Assembly (NCBI GenBank): GCA_963751275.1
Contig: CAVVTZ010000007.1
Location: 736,001 to 800,000, forward strand
Source of the DNA: an uncultured Gemmatimonadaceae bacterium
Lineage (GTDB): Bacteria; Gemmatimonadota; Gemmatimonadetes; Gemmatimonadales; Gemmatimonadaceae
DNA length: 64,000 nt
Direction: 5' to 3'
The notes below the pieces were generated by a model, which was given only the letters and a program-made list of their open reading frames with translations, had not been told where the DNA came from and did no database searches. This document shows positions 35,417 to 44,773 of this stretch, one piece after another (positions within the stretch are counted from its first letter, which is position 1; each line of letters starts with the position of its first letter). Made by a program: the position numbers and the translations under genes.

Positions 35417-36332
35417 CGGAACCGTGGCCTCGAGTGGCGAATCGGGCGAGTACGCTGATGACGAGGACGAGCGTGATGAGGACGAGGGCTCCGGCCCAGG
35501 CGAGTGAGTGCCATTCATCATAGGGACTGATCCCGTAGTTGTAGATCTGCAGCGGGAGCGCCGAGATCGGCTCCCGCAGGGACGTTGACCAGAATTGGTT
35601 CCCGAAGGCGGAGAAGAGCAGCGGCGCCGTCTCACCGGCGATGCGCGCGACCGCGACCAGCGCACCGGTGACGATCCCGGCGCCGGCGGTGCGCAGGACG
35701 ATCGTGAGCGATGTGCGCCAGCGCGCGTAGCCGAGCGCCAGCGCCGCCTCGCGCAGGGTGTTCGGCACGGTGAGCACCATCTCTTCCGTCGTGCGCGCCA
35801 CCATCGGGATCATCATCGCCGCGAGCGCGATCCCGCCGGCGAGGGCCGAGAAATGGTGCACCGGCCGCACCAGCACCTGCCACGCGAAGATGCCCATGAC
35901 GATCGACGGCATCCCGTTCAGCACGTCGGAGAGGAAGCGCACGACGTTCGCGAGGCGGCCCGCCTTGTGCTCGGCACAATAGAGTCCGGCGCCGATGCCG
36001 AGCGGCAGGCCGAGCGCCGCGCCGACGGCGATCAGGATCACCGTGCCCACGATGCCGTTCGCGAGGCCGCCGCCCGTCTCCCCCACCGGCTTGGGCATCT
36101 TCGTGAAGAAGTCCCAGCTGAGCGAGGCCGCGCCCGTGCGCACCAGGTGCCAGAGGATCACGAGCAGCGGCAGCGTCGCCGCGAGGGCGGCCGCGGTGAT
36201 GAGGGCGAGCATCACGGCGTTGCTCACCTTGCGCCGCCGCACAGTGCGCGACGCGCGTTCGGCGAATGCGCGCTGGCGCTGCGTCGGCCGGGGCGCGGGC
36301 GGATCGATGGTGGCGATCGCGGGCGCGGTCAC
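35403..36332 (-). CDS. pstA: Phosphate ABC transporter permease PstA
   Basis: Motifs PSIVMGIF, the EAA loop REAALALG and [11 protein letters not shown]. The GTG overlaps the pstC stop. Confidence 0.92.
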   Translation of the reverse strand: MTAPAIATIDPPAPRPTQRQRAFAERASRTVRRRKVSNAVMLALITAAALAATLPLLVILWHLVRTGAASLSWDFFTKMPKPVGETGGGLANGIVGTVILIAVGAALGLPLGIGAGLYCAEHKAGRLANVVRFLSDVLNGMPSIVMGIFAWQVLVRPVHHFSALAGGIALAAMMIPMVARTTEEMVLTVPNTLREAALALGYARWRTSLTIVLRTAGAGIVTGALVAVARIAGETAPLLFSAFGNQFWSTSLREPISALPLQIYNYGISPYDEWHSLAWAGALVLITLVLVISVLARFATRGHGSGGGD

Positions 36333-37310
36333 GCGGCCTTCCCGGTGGCGCGCTTCGACACCGACCAGATCATCCAGCGCGCCATCATGTTCACGACGAG
36401 CGTGACCAGCAACAGCACGAAGCCCACCGCCATCAGGGCGCTCAGGTGCAGGTCGCTCGTCGCTTCGCTGAACTCGTTCGCGATGAGCGATGCCATCGTG
36501 TAGCCCGGCGCGAAGAGCGACATCGAGATCTCGTGGCGGTTCCCGATGAGCATCGTGACGGCCATCGTCTCGCCAAGCGCCCGGCCGAGGCCCGAGGATG
36601 ATGCCGCCGAAGATCCCCGAGCGCGCGAAGGGGAGCACCGCGTGGCGGATCATCTCCCACCGTGTCGCGCCGAGCGCGAGCGCCGCTTCGCGCTGCGAGC
36701 GCGGCACGGCGTACAGCACCTCGCGGGAGACGGACGCGATGTAGGGCAGCACCATCACCGAGAGGATCAGGCCCGCGCCGAGCATGCTCGGCCCGTACAT
36801 CGGACCCGAGAAGAGTCCGGTGGCGCCCAGGTGCAGCGTGTCTCGCAGGAAGGGCATGATCGGATCGCGCAGCAAGGGCAGGAGCACGAAGATCCCCCAG
36901 AGGCCGTACACGACGCTAGGGATCGCGGCCAGCAGGTCCACCAGGAAGGCGACGGGCTGGCGCAGCCAGAGCGGCGCGAACTCGGAGAGGAAGAGCGACA
37001 CGCCGAGCGCGAGGGGCGTCGCGATGACGAGCGCGATGATCGACGAAACGATCGTGCCGTAGATCGCGGGGGCGGCGCCGAACTGGGAGTTCACCGGATC
37101 CCAGGCGCTGGAGGTCAGGAACGAGAAGCCGAAGTGCCGCAGGGCGGGCCAGCCGGCCACCGCCACGGCGACCGCGATCGAGATGAGCAGCGCGGGCACG
37201 GCGAGCGCGAAGATCGTGATCGTGCCCTGGTACACGGCGTCGCCGCGCGACACGCCGTGGATGGCGATCTCGGCGGGGGCCTCGCCAGCGGGCGTTCGGT
37301 CGAGCGTCAT
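36329..37310 (-). CDS. pstC: Phosphate ABC transporter permease PstC, frameshift ~36593
   Basis: Motifs LLAAIPSVVYGLWG and EAALALGATRWE, then GETMAVTM...IANEF in the shifted frame. Confidence 0.92.
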
Positions 37311-37380
37311 GCGCGGGAGGGCGGGTTCATGGATGACCTGAAAGATGGCCCCACCCCGGGCTGATTTCGTGCCCGCGCCC

Positions 37381-37396
37381 GTAACGAGAATGTCAC
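37381..37396 (-). promoter_or_regulatory. Candidate PHO box upstream of pstC
   Basis: Coding strand reads GTGAC-ATTCTC-GTTAC, an 11-bp direct repeat. Confidence 0.6.
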
Positions 37397-37417
37397 GGAC
37401 CTAACGGCAGAAGCGCA

Positions 37418-37457
37418 TGTGGTCGTTGACAGGTGGAACCACACGTCAACGACCACA
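37418..37457. other. Stem-loop between the porin gene and pstC (terminator or mRNA stabiliser)
   Basis: Perfect 13-bp arms TGTGGTCGTTGAC / GTCAACGACCACA. Confidence 0.7.
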
Positions 37458-37473
37458 CGCGCCCCTGCAGTTG

Positions 37474-38700
37474 TCAGAACGTGATCTGGTAATTCAGCTG
37501 ATAGAACGTCTTCTTGGCGGCCTCGGTGTTCGGCGAGCTCTGCGTCTGCCCCTGGTATGAGAGACCGAGCGACGACGACTTCGCCACATCGTAGAACACC
37601 GTGAAGATGAGCAGATTCTGCTTCAGGCTGACGTTCGTGTTGGGCTGGTAATTGTCGTAGCGCAAGATGATGCCGAGCGGCGCGCCCTTCGGATCGCCGA
37701 ACAGGAATGGCCGGACGATCACGAATCCATCGGTGAGCTTGGCCGTGTTGTCCACGATCGAAGAATCGGACGCCAACACCGACTGCGTCAGGCGCGCCGC
37801 GTACTCGAGTCCGAACGAGAAACGCGGATCGGCGTTGCCGAGGTACACACCGTATGCGTTGTTGTCGAGGCCGGGCTTGTAACCCGGGGCGGTCCCCGGG
37901 CCCTGGGTGCGGCCTGCCTGGTACCAGCCGCTGAGCTCGAAGGTCTTGAGCAGTCCGCTGCCCTTGGCCATCGGCGTGAGGGAGAGCCGGAGCGCCGCGT
38001 CCTTATAGCGGTCCGCGTCGCTGGCCACCGTGTAGCCGCCGCCGTTATCGAGGACGCCGACCACCGCACCCCACTTACCCGGCAGGTTCACCTGCGCACC
38101 GATGCCGAGGTCGGACGACGCCGGCTGGATGCCCCAGAACTCGACGGCGGTCTTCTGGATCCAACGCGCCCAGTAGTGTTCCTCGTCATCGATCACGACG
38201 GTCGTGATCTGGCCGATGCGGGCGAACGCGGACATGTCGTTCGGCTCCGCGGCGTGCGCGAAGTCCCACTGCATCCATGCGTACTTGAGGCGAATCGCGA
38301 GTCCGGTGTAGGTGCCAGCGCCGCCGACGGTGAAGACGTCGGTCGTCACGCGAAAGCCCCAATCGGGCGCGACCTGGCCGCGGAAGGTCAGGTAGGCACG
38401 GTCCACGGTGAACTTGGAGGTCGGGTCGCCGTTGTTCGCCGCCTTCGTCGTGCTGTCGGTCTGGTACGTGTACCCACCGAAGATCCACGTGCTGAAGTTC
38501 CAGCTCGGCTTGAACTCCGGCTTCGGCGGCACGGAATCCTTGGCGGCCGGCTTCGCGTCCGGCTTCGATGGCGTGCTGTCCTTCGCGACGACGACCGGAG
38601 CGCGGCGCCGAAGGACAGCGTCCTGCGCCGCGGCCGGCACGGCGACGCTCGCGACGGACGCGAGCACCAGCGTGAGCGAACTCAAGAATGGGCGGTTCAT
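37474..38700 (-). CDS. Outer-membrane beta-barrel protein, putative phosphate porin
   Basis: Signal peptide, amphipathic strands (RAYLTFRG, LKYAWMQW) and a terminal YQITF beta-signal. Lies between pstS and pstC. Confidence 0.75.
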   Translation of the reverse strand: MNRPFLSSLTLVLASVASVAVPAAAQDAVLRRRAPVVVAKDSTPSKPDAKPAAKDSVPPKPEFKPSWNFSTWIFGGYTYQTDSTTKAANNGDPTSKFTVDRAYLTFRGQVAPDWGFRVTTDVFTVGGAGTYTGLAIRLKYAWMQWDFAHAAEPNDMSAFARIGQITTVVIDDEEHYWARWIQKTAVEFWGIQPASSDLGIGAQVNLPGKWGAVVGVLDNGGGYTVASDADRYKDAALRLSLTPMAKGSGLLKTFELSGWYQAGRTQGPGTAPGYKPGLDNNAYGVYLGNADPRFSFGLEYAARLTQSVLASDSSIVDNTAKLTDGFVIVRPFLFGDPKGAPLGIILRYDNYQPNTNVSLKQNLLIFTVFYDVAKSSSLGLSYQGQTQSSPNTEAAKKTFYQLNYQITF

Positions 38701-38726
38701 GTCTCTCTCTGAATGGAGGGAAGAGG

Positions 38727-38755
38727 CCGGGCGCCGGATCACATCCGGCGCCCGG
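38727..38755. other. Stem-loop directly 3' of pstS
   Basis: Perfect 13-bp stem CCGGGCGCCGGAT/ATCCGGCGCCCGG with no U-tract on the sense strand. Confidence 0.7.
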
Positions 38756-38765
38756 TGGAGCAGTC

Positions 38766-39788
38766 TTACATTCCCGCGATCTTGATCTCGGCGACCTGCT
38801 TGTCGAGGCGCTTCACGAGCACGCTGGGCAGCGGTGCGTAGTCGAGCTTCGACGTCTCCTTCTCGCCATCGTGCAGATACCACTTGAGGAACGCGACCAG
38901 CTTCTTCCCCTTCGTCGCGTCGTGCTGGGTCTTGTAGACCAGCAGCCAGGTGAACGACGAGATCGGATACGACTTCTTGCCCGGCGCGTTCACGATCGAG
39001 ATGCGGTAGTCGCTGTTCTCGGGGAGCTTGGAGACCGCGCCGGCCGCCGCTTCGGTGACCGACTCGATCGTCGCCTTCACCCACTCACCGCTCGCGTTCT
39101 GCAGCTCCGCCGCCGGCATGTGGTTCTGGTTGGCGTACGCGATCTCGACATAGCCGATCGCGCCCGGTGTCTGCTTCACGAGGCCGGCGACGCCTTCGTT
39201 GCCTTTGCCGCCCAGGCCGACGGGCCAGGCGAGCTCCTTGCCCGTGCCGGGCGCCGTCTTCCAATCGGCGCTCACGTTGGTGAGATAGTCGCTGAAGATG
39301 TAGGTCGTACCGCTGCCATCGGAGCGGTGCACCACGAGGATGTCGGTGTTGGGCAGGTTCACGCCCTTGTTGAGCGACGCGATGCGCGTGTCGTTCCACT
39401 TGGTGATCTTGCCGGAGAAGATCTCGGCGATCACCGGCCCGGTGAACTTCAGGGTGCTCGAGACGGTCGGCAGGTTGTACGTGATGACGACGGCGCCGAG
39501 CACGGTCGGGAAATGGAACGCCGGCGAGGGGAGCTTGGCCATCTCGCCGTCCGACATCGGCGCATCGGACGCGCCGAAGTCCACGGTGCCGGCGGTGAAC
39601 TGATTGATGCCGCCGCCGGAGCCGATCGACTGGTAGTTGATCTTCACGCCCGTCGACGTGGCGTAGTCCGAGAACCACTTGCTATAGATCGGGAACGGGA
39701 ACGTGGCGCCGGCGCCGTTCAGGTCCTGCGCGCTGGCCGCTCCGGCGACGAGCATCGCCGCCAGCAGTACGAGGGATCGCTTCGACAC
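38766..39788 (-). CDS. pstS: Phosphate-binding protein PstS
   Basis: Motifs GAGATFP, YQSIGSGGG, DFGASD, HRSDGSGTT and YPISSFTW. GGAG SD before a GTG; alternative ATG at 39800. Confidence 0.97.
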   Translation of the reverse strand: MSKRSLVLLAAMLVAGAASAQDLNGAGATFPFPIYSKWFSDYATSTGVKINYQSIGSGGGINQFTAGTVDFGASDAPMSDGEMAKLPSPAFHFPTVLGAVVITYNLPTVSSTLKFTGPVIAEIFSGKITKWNDTRIASLNKGVNLPNTDILVVHRSDGSGTTYIFSDYLTNVSADWKTAPGTGKELAWPVGLGGKGNEGVAGLVKQTPGAIGYVEIAYANQNHMPAAELQNASGEWVKATIESVTEAAAGAVSKLPENSDYRISIVNAPGKKSYPISSFTWLLVYKTQHDATKGKKLVAFLKWYLHDGEKETSKLDYAPLPSVLVKRLDKQVAEIKIAGM

Positions 39789-39857
39789 GGTTGACTCCAT
39801 GAGGTTGGAATGCGCTGTGAAGGTCTCATGGATTCGTATCGGCGGTGCGACCAATGC

Positions 39858-39873
39858 GTAACGGCTGGGTCAC
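39858..39873 (-). promoter_or_regulatory. Candidate PHO box upstream of pstS
   Basis: Coding strand reads GTGAC-CCAGCC-GTTAC, an 11-bp direct repeat. Confidence 0.6.
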
Positions 39874-39924
39874 GAGCGATCCGCGCGCGCCGTGTGCGGC
39901 GATCGGCGCGCCGCATGCCCCGAA

Positions 39925-40182
39925 CTACCGGGGCAAGTCAATGCGGGTGCGGCCTGAACGGACGTCCCGCCACCGGCGCGTCGTGAACGCGAGCGCTTCG
40001 TGCGCGCTCGGCTCGGCGCCGCGGGTGCCGCGCAGGTCCACGCGCAGGCTGCGCACCTGGTCGGGGAGGGCGTCGCAACAGTGCATCGCGGCGATCACGC
40101 CGTGCGTCGACAGCGTGCCGGTCACGTAGAGCGTGGCGGATTCGCCGTGGGCTTCGAGGTCATAGTGCAAGTCGCAACTCAT
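39925..40182 (-). CDS. Small hypothetical protein (85 aa) with STAS-like pattern
   Basis: Fills the phoR-pstS gap on the same strand with a GGAG/GAAGG SD. LYVTGTL...LRVDLRG resembles the STAS beta-strand pattern. Confidence 0.65.
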   Translation of the reverse strand: MSCDLHYDLEAHGESATLYVTGTLSTHGVIAAMHCCDALPDQVRSLRVDLRGTRGAEPSAHEALAFTTRRWRDVRSGRTRIDLPR

Positions 40183-40249
40183 ACCTTCACTCCGCTAATG
40201 GTGTGAAGGAACGATCGCGGACGGGTGTCACATCGCGGTGCGCGGGGAC

Positions 40250-40265
40250 GTCACGAGGATGTAAC
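40250..40265 (-). promoter_or_regulatory. Candidate PHO box upstream of the STAS-like gene
   Basis: Coding strand reads GTTAC-ATCCTC-GTGAC, with an extra GTGAC half-site at 40227-40231. Confidence 0.6.
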
Positions 40266-40283
40266 CGGTGAACGATGCGCGCC

Positions 40284-41987
40284 TCACGCGATCGGGAACA
40301 CGGCGCGGATCTCGGCCCCGCGTCCCTGCGCGCTCGTCGCGGTGACGCGGCCCCCGTGCGCCTCCACGAGATGTTTCACGATCGCCAGCCCCAGCCCGGT
40401 GCCGCCCGCCTCGCGCGAGCGCGCCGGATCCACGCGGTAGAAGCGTTCGAAGATCCGGGCCAGGTGCTCCGGCGGGATCCCGGTGCCGCTGTCGCGCACG
40501 CCGAGCGCGACGCCGTCCGGCGCGGGCTCGGAGAAGATCGTCACGCGGCCGCCGGGCGGCGTGTGGCGCAGCGCGTTGTCCACCAGGTTGCTCAGGATCT
40601 GGCGCAGCGCGGTCGCATCGGCGCGGAGCGCGAAGGCGCGATGGTCGATATTGATGTCGAGGCGCACGCCGCGCTCCTTCGCGGCGGACGCGAACGAGGT
40701 CGTGATCTCGCTCGCGGCCGTGCGCAGATCGATCCGCTCGGGTTTCGGCACCCAGCCGCCCGACTCGATGCGCGACAGGTCGAGCAGGTCATCGACGAGG
40801 CGCTGCATGCGGCGCGCGTTGCCCCGGATCGCCTCCACGAACCGCCGCCGCTCCTCGGGAGACGGCTCGTCGGTGGCGAGCGTCTCGGCGAAGCCGCCGA
40901 TGACGGTGATGGGTGTCTTCAACTCGTGGGAGACGTTCGCGACGAAATCGCGGCGCACCGCCTCGAGGCGGCGCGTGTTGGTGAGGTCGAAGAAGGCGAG
41001 CAATCCGCCGCGGTCGTGGAGCGGGCGCGCGGTGAGCATCACCGTGCGCCCGCCCAGCGAGATCTCGGACGGGTCCGACGGCTGGCCCGCGAGCGCGCCG
41101 GCGAGCGCATCGCGCAGCTCCGGGTCGCGCGGCAGCAGATCGGCGGAGAAGGGCACGGTGTCGGCGATGCCGAGCAACCGGCGCGCCGGCGCGTTCAGCA
41201 GGATCACCTGCCGTTGCGCGTTCACGGCGGCGACGCCTTCCTGCAGGAGGTCGATCATCGCCGCCAGGAGCGCGTCATCATCTTGCAGCGCGGCGAGGCG
41301 CGTCTCGAGCTGCTCGGCCATGCGGTGCACGGCGTCGGCGAGGTCGCCCACCTCGCCGGGCGCGGACAGCGCGGGGCGCCGTGAGAGATCGCCGGCCGCG
41401 AGCGCCTGGGCCACATCGCGCAATTCGACCACCGGACGCGACACGCTGCGCGCGAACAGGGCGGCGAGCGCGAGCGCGGCGACGAGCGCGATGAGACCGG
41501 TGGCGAACACATCGCGGCGCGCGCGCGCGATCGCGTCGTCGAGCTGGCCCGCGTCGAGCGACACGCGCGCCACGCCGTGCGGCGCACCCACGGCCACATA
41601 GACGCGCCGGTCACCGATCGACGGGCTGTCGCGATGCGATACCCCCACCTCGCCATGCATGGCGGCGATGACTTCCGGACGGTTCGAATGGTTCTGCAGC
41701 GTGTTCAGCGCATCGCCTTCGAACTCGGAATCGCCGAGCACCTTGCCCGCGCTGTCGATGAGCGTGACGCGATGCCCGAGCGCGGCGCCCGCGATGTGCG
41801 CGAGCGCGGGCGCGCCGGCGGAGACCTTCCACTGTGTCGCGACGAAGCGCGCCTCGCGCAGCAGCTCGTCCTGCTGCCAGCCTTCGAGCTCGCGCGACAT
41901 GCGCGCGCCGCCGAGCGCGGTGATGAGCACGACGAGCACGCCGATCACGACGGCGGTGCCGAGCACGAGACGCTGGACGAGCTTCAT
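40284..41987 (-). CDS. phoR: Phosphate regulon sensor histidine kinase
   Basis: Two TM helices, HAMP, H-box DFVANVSHELKTP, N-box NLVDNA and FYRVDPARSREAGGTGLGL. Confidence 0.9.
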   Translation of the reverse strand: MKLVQRLVLGTAVVIGVLVVLITALGGARMSRELEGWQQDELLREARFVATQWKVSAGAPALAHIAGAALGHRVTLIDSAGKVLGDSEFEGDALNTLQNHSNRPEVIAAMHGEVGVSHRDSPSIGDRRVYVAVGAPHGVARVSLDAGQLDDAIARARRDVFATGLIALVAALALAALFARSVSRPVVELRDVAQALAAGDLSRRPALSAPGEVGDLADAVHRMAEQLETRLAALQDDDALLAAMIDLLQEGVAAVNAQRQVILLNAPARRLLGIADTVPFSADLLPRDPELRDALAGALAGQPSDPSEISLGGRTVMLTARPLHDRGGLLAFFDLTNTRRLEAVRRDFVANVSHELKTPITVIGGFAETLATDEPSPEERRRFVEAIRGNARRMQRLVDDLLDLSRIESGGWVPKPERIDLRTAASEITTSFASAAKERGVRLDINIDHRAFALRADATALRQILSNLVDNALRHTPPGGRVTIFSEPAPDGVALGVRDSGTGIPPEHLARIFERFYRVDPARSREAGGTGLGLAIVKHLVEAHGGRVTATSAQGRGAEIRAVFPIA

Positions 41988-42676
41988 CCGCCCTTGAGGC
42001 GGTAGCCGAAGCCGCGCACGGTCTCGATCAGGTCGCCGGCGGGGCCGAGCTTCGTGCGCAGCCGCTGCACGTGCATGTCCACGGTGCGCGTCTGGATGTC
42101 CGGGGCCGCGTCCCACACCGTCTGCAGGAGTTGCGTGCGCGCCTGCACGCGTCCGCGGCGCTCGGCGAGCGTGAGGAGCAGCTTGTACTCGGTGGCCGTG
42201 AGATCGAGCGCGCGGCCATCCACGGCCACGGTGTGCGCGGCGCGATCGATGACGAGCGGGCCGACGACGAGCGTGTCGGCGCCGCCGCCGCCGATGCGCC
42301 GGAGGATCGCGCCGACGCGCAGGATCAGCTCCGCGGGGCTGAACGGTTTCGTGAGATAATCGTCGGCGCCGAGAGTGAGCCCCCGGATCCGGTCGGGCTC
42401 GTCCTTGCGGGCGGTGAGCATGAGCACGGCCACGTCGCGCGTCGCGTCGTGCGCGCGGAGCTTCTCGAGCACGTCGAAGCCGGACATGCCGGGGAGCATG
42501 AGGTCGAGCACGATGAGCGCCGGCCGCTCCTCGCGCGCGGCGCGCAGCGCGTCGGGGCCCGTCGCGGCCGTGCTCACGCGATACCCCGCCTTGGCGAGAT
42601 GGTACGCGACGAGCGCGACGATGTCGGGCTCATCGTCCACGACGAGCACGCGCTCGCCGCCGGCCGCCTGGGTCAC
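41984..42676 (-). CDS. phoB: OmpR-family response regulator PhoB/PhoP
   Basis: Motifs VVDDE, LDLMLP, KPFS and the winged-helix RTVDMHVQRLR..ETVRGFGY, in pst context. Confidence 0.88.
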   Translation of the reverse strand: MTQAAGGERVLVVDDEPDIVALVAYHLAKAGYRVSTAATGPDALRAAREERPALIVLDLMLPGMSGFDVLEKLRAHDATRDVAVLMLTARKDEPDRIRGLTLGADDYLTKPFSPAELILRVGAILRRIGGGGADTLVVGPLVIDRAAHTVAVDGRALDLTATEYKLLLTLAERRGRVQARTQLLQTVWDAAPDIQTRTVDMHVQRLRTKLGPAGDLIETVRGFGYRLKGG

Positions 42677-43299
42677 GGGTGCGCGCCCCTCAGGCGGTCG
42701 TGGATGCGCGCGACGAGCATTTCGATGCCCATGTCGTTGTGGCCGCCGCGCGGGATGATCACATCGGCGAACTGTTTCGTGGGTTCGACGAATTCCAGGT
42801 GCATCGGCCGCACGGTGGTGAGATACTGATCGAGGATCTCATCCAGCGGCCGCCCGCGCGTGCGCATGTCGCGTCGGATGCGGCGCACGAGACGGATGTC
42901 CGCATCCGTGTCGACGTAGGCCGTCACGTCGCACCGCGCGCGCACGCGCGGGTCGACGAAGAGGAGGATGCCGTCGATGACCACGACGTCCGCGGGCTCC
43001 ACGCGCACATGCCGGTCGCTGCGCAAGTGCGCCACGAAGTCATACACCGGCTTGTCGATCGCCTGTCGCGCGGCGAGCGCCTCGAGGTGCGAGAGCAGGA
43101 GATCGAAGTCGAACGCATCGGGATGGTCCCAATTGACGTGGCGCCGCTGCTCGAGCGTGAGGTCCGTGAGGTTCCGATAGTACGCATCCATGTCCACCGC
43201 GATCGCCGACGCGCCCCGCACCCCCTCGGCCACGCGGCGCGCGACCGTGCTCTTGCCGGATCCGGTGCCGCCGGCGATCCCAACGAGCAGTGGCTTCAT
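42673..43299 (-). CDS. udk: Uridine kinase
   Basis: Motifs GIAGGTGSGKST, DAYY, NWDHPDAFD, RRIRRD and VRPMH. Confidence 0.93.
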   Translation of the reverse strand: MKPLLVGIAGGTGSGKSTVARRVAEGVRGASAIAVDMDAYYRNLTDLTLEQRRHVNWDHPDAFDFDLLLSHLEALAARQAIDKPVYDFVAHLRSDRHVRVEPADVVVIDGILLFVDPRVRARCDVTAYVDTDADIRLVRRIRRDMRTRGRPLDEILDQYLTTVRPMHLEFVEPTKQFADVIIPRGGHNDMGIEMLVARIHDRLRGAHP

Positions 43300-43492
43300 G
43301 GATCCGTGACGGAGGGGAATCTTGGCGCGCGCACGGCGCGGCGGAGGCGGCGTCCGGTCACGATCACGTACCAGACAGTACGCGGCCGCACCGGATGCGA
43401 AATTCGCCCCTGCCGCGCGCCGGGTCAACCGTAAGCGGGCCGGTTTCTTGCGCGCCCTCCCTGAGCGCGCGGGCGGCCGCTACCTTTTGCGC

Positions 43493-43732
43493 ATGCGAAT
43501 GGTGCCGGTGTACGTGAATGGCGGGCGCGTGGAGGTCCCGGACGCAGCGCCGGTGCTCGACGCCGTCCGCTCCTGGGACGCCGAGGCCGCGCGCGACGTG
43601 GAGCGTGGCGCTCGCGCCCTCACCGACAGCCGCGGCCTGCCGCTGGATCCGGCGACGCTCGCCGTGGCCGGCACCATCGTGCGGGTGGTGGCCGCGCGCG
43701 AGCGGGATGCGAACGACGAGGAAGAGGCGTAG
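43493..43732 (+). CDS. Small hypothetical protein (79 aa), possible beta-grasp fold
   Basis: VYVNGGRVEVP..VLDAV resembles ThiS or ferredoxin-like N-termini. A TACCTT hexamer lies 6 nt before the ATG, and the gene ends 3 nt before add. Confidence 0.65.
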   Translation: MRMVPVYVNGGRVEVPDAAPVLDAVRSWDAEAARDVERGARALTDSRGLPLDPATLAVAGTIVRVVAARERDANDEEEA

Positions 43733-43735
43733 CGC

Positions 43736-44773
43736 GTGACGAGCCCCATCCCGCGCGAGTGGCTGCTCGCGCTCCCGAAGGCCGAGCTCCATTGCCACCT
43801 CGATGGTTCGCTGCGGCCGGCCACGCTGCTCGAACTCGGGCGCGAATACGGCCAGCCGATGCCTGGCGACACTGCCCGGGACGTGGCGGCGCACATGGTG
43901 GTGAGCGATGCGCGCGATCTCGAGGACTATCTGAATCGCTTCGTGATCACCCTCAGCGTAATGCAGCGCGCGGAAGCGCTCGAGCGCATCGCGTACGAGC
44001 TCGTGGTGGATGCGGCGCGCGACGGCGTGCGCTACATCGAGATGCGCTACGCGCCGGTGCTCTGCGTGCGCGAAGGACTCACGCTCGGCCAGGCGGTGGA
44101 GGCGCCGCTGCGCGGCATCGCGCGCGCCGAGCGGGAGACCGGGACGATCGGGCGCGTCATCATCTGCGGACTCCGCCATCTCGATCCGCGGATCTCGCTC
44201 GAACTCGCCGAGCTCGCGGTGGCCTTCCGCGACCAGGGCGTCGTGGGCTTCGATCTGGCCGGCGGCGAGCGGGATCATCCGGCGCGCGCGCACGCGGCGG
44301 CCTTCGAGTTCGCGCGGCGCCACGATCTGGCGGTCACGGTGCACGCCGGCGAGGGCGACGGGGCCGATTCGGTGCGGCAGGCGGTGCACGATTGCGGCGC
44401 GAACCGCCTCGGCCACGCCACGCGGCTCGGCGAGGATGAGCGCCTCACGCATTATGTGAACGACCGGCGCATCGCGCTCGAGATCTGCCTCACCAGCAAC
44501 GTGCAGACGCACGCCGCCGCGAATTACGCGGTGCATCCGCTGCGCACCTATTTCGACCGTGGCATGAACGTGGTGCTCAACACCGACAACCGGTTGATGA
44601 GCGGCGTGACGCTCACCGATGAGTACGCGCACGCGGCGGCGTCGCTCGCGTTCACCAAGAGCGAGCTCGCGACGATCGCGATCAACGGATTCGAGAGCGC
44701 CTTCCTGCCGTGGGAAGTGCGCGAGGCGCTGGTGGCGCGCGCGCGGCGGGACATCCTGGCGCTCGGGACGTGA
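43736..44773 (+). CDS. add: Adenosine deaminase
   Basis: Motifs PKAELHCHLDGS, HAGE, RLGH, CLTSN and NTDN. Confidence 0.94.
   Translation: MTSPIPREWLLALPKAELHCHLDGSLRPATLLELGREYGQPMPGDTARDVAAHMVVSDARDLEDYLNRFVITLSVMQRAEALERIAYELVVDAARDGVRYIEMRYAPVLCVREGLTLGQAVEAPLRGIARAERETGTIGRVIICGLRHLDPRISLELAELAVAFRDQGVVGFDLAGGERDHPARAHAAAFEFARRHDLAVTVHAGEGDGADSVRQAVHDCGANRLGHATRLGEDERLTHYVNDRRIALEICLTSNVQTHAAANYAVHPLRTYFDRGMNVVLNTDNRLMSGVTLTDEYAHAAASLAFTKSELATIAINGFESAFLPWEVREALVARARRDILALGT

Noticed and set aside
35403..37310. PstC-PstA fusion protein (635-aa ORF)
   Set aside because: Artefact of the ~36593 frameshift. The PstC C-terminus is in another frame, ending at 36329 and overlapping the pstA GTG.
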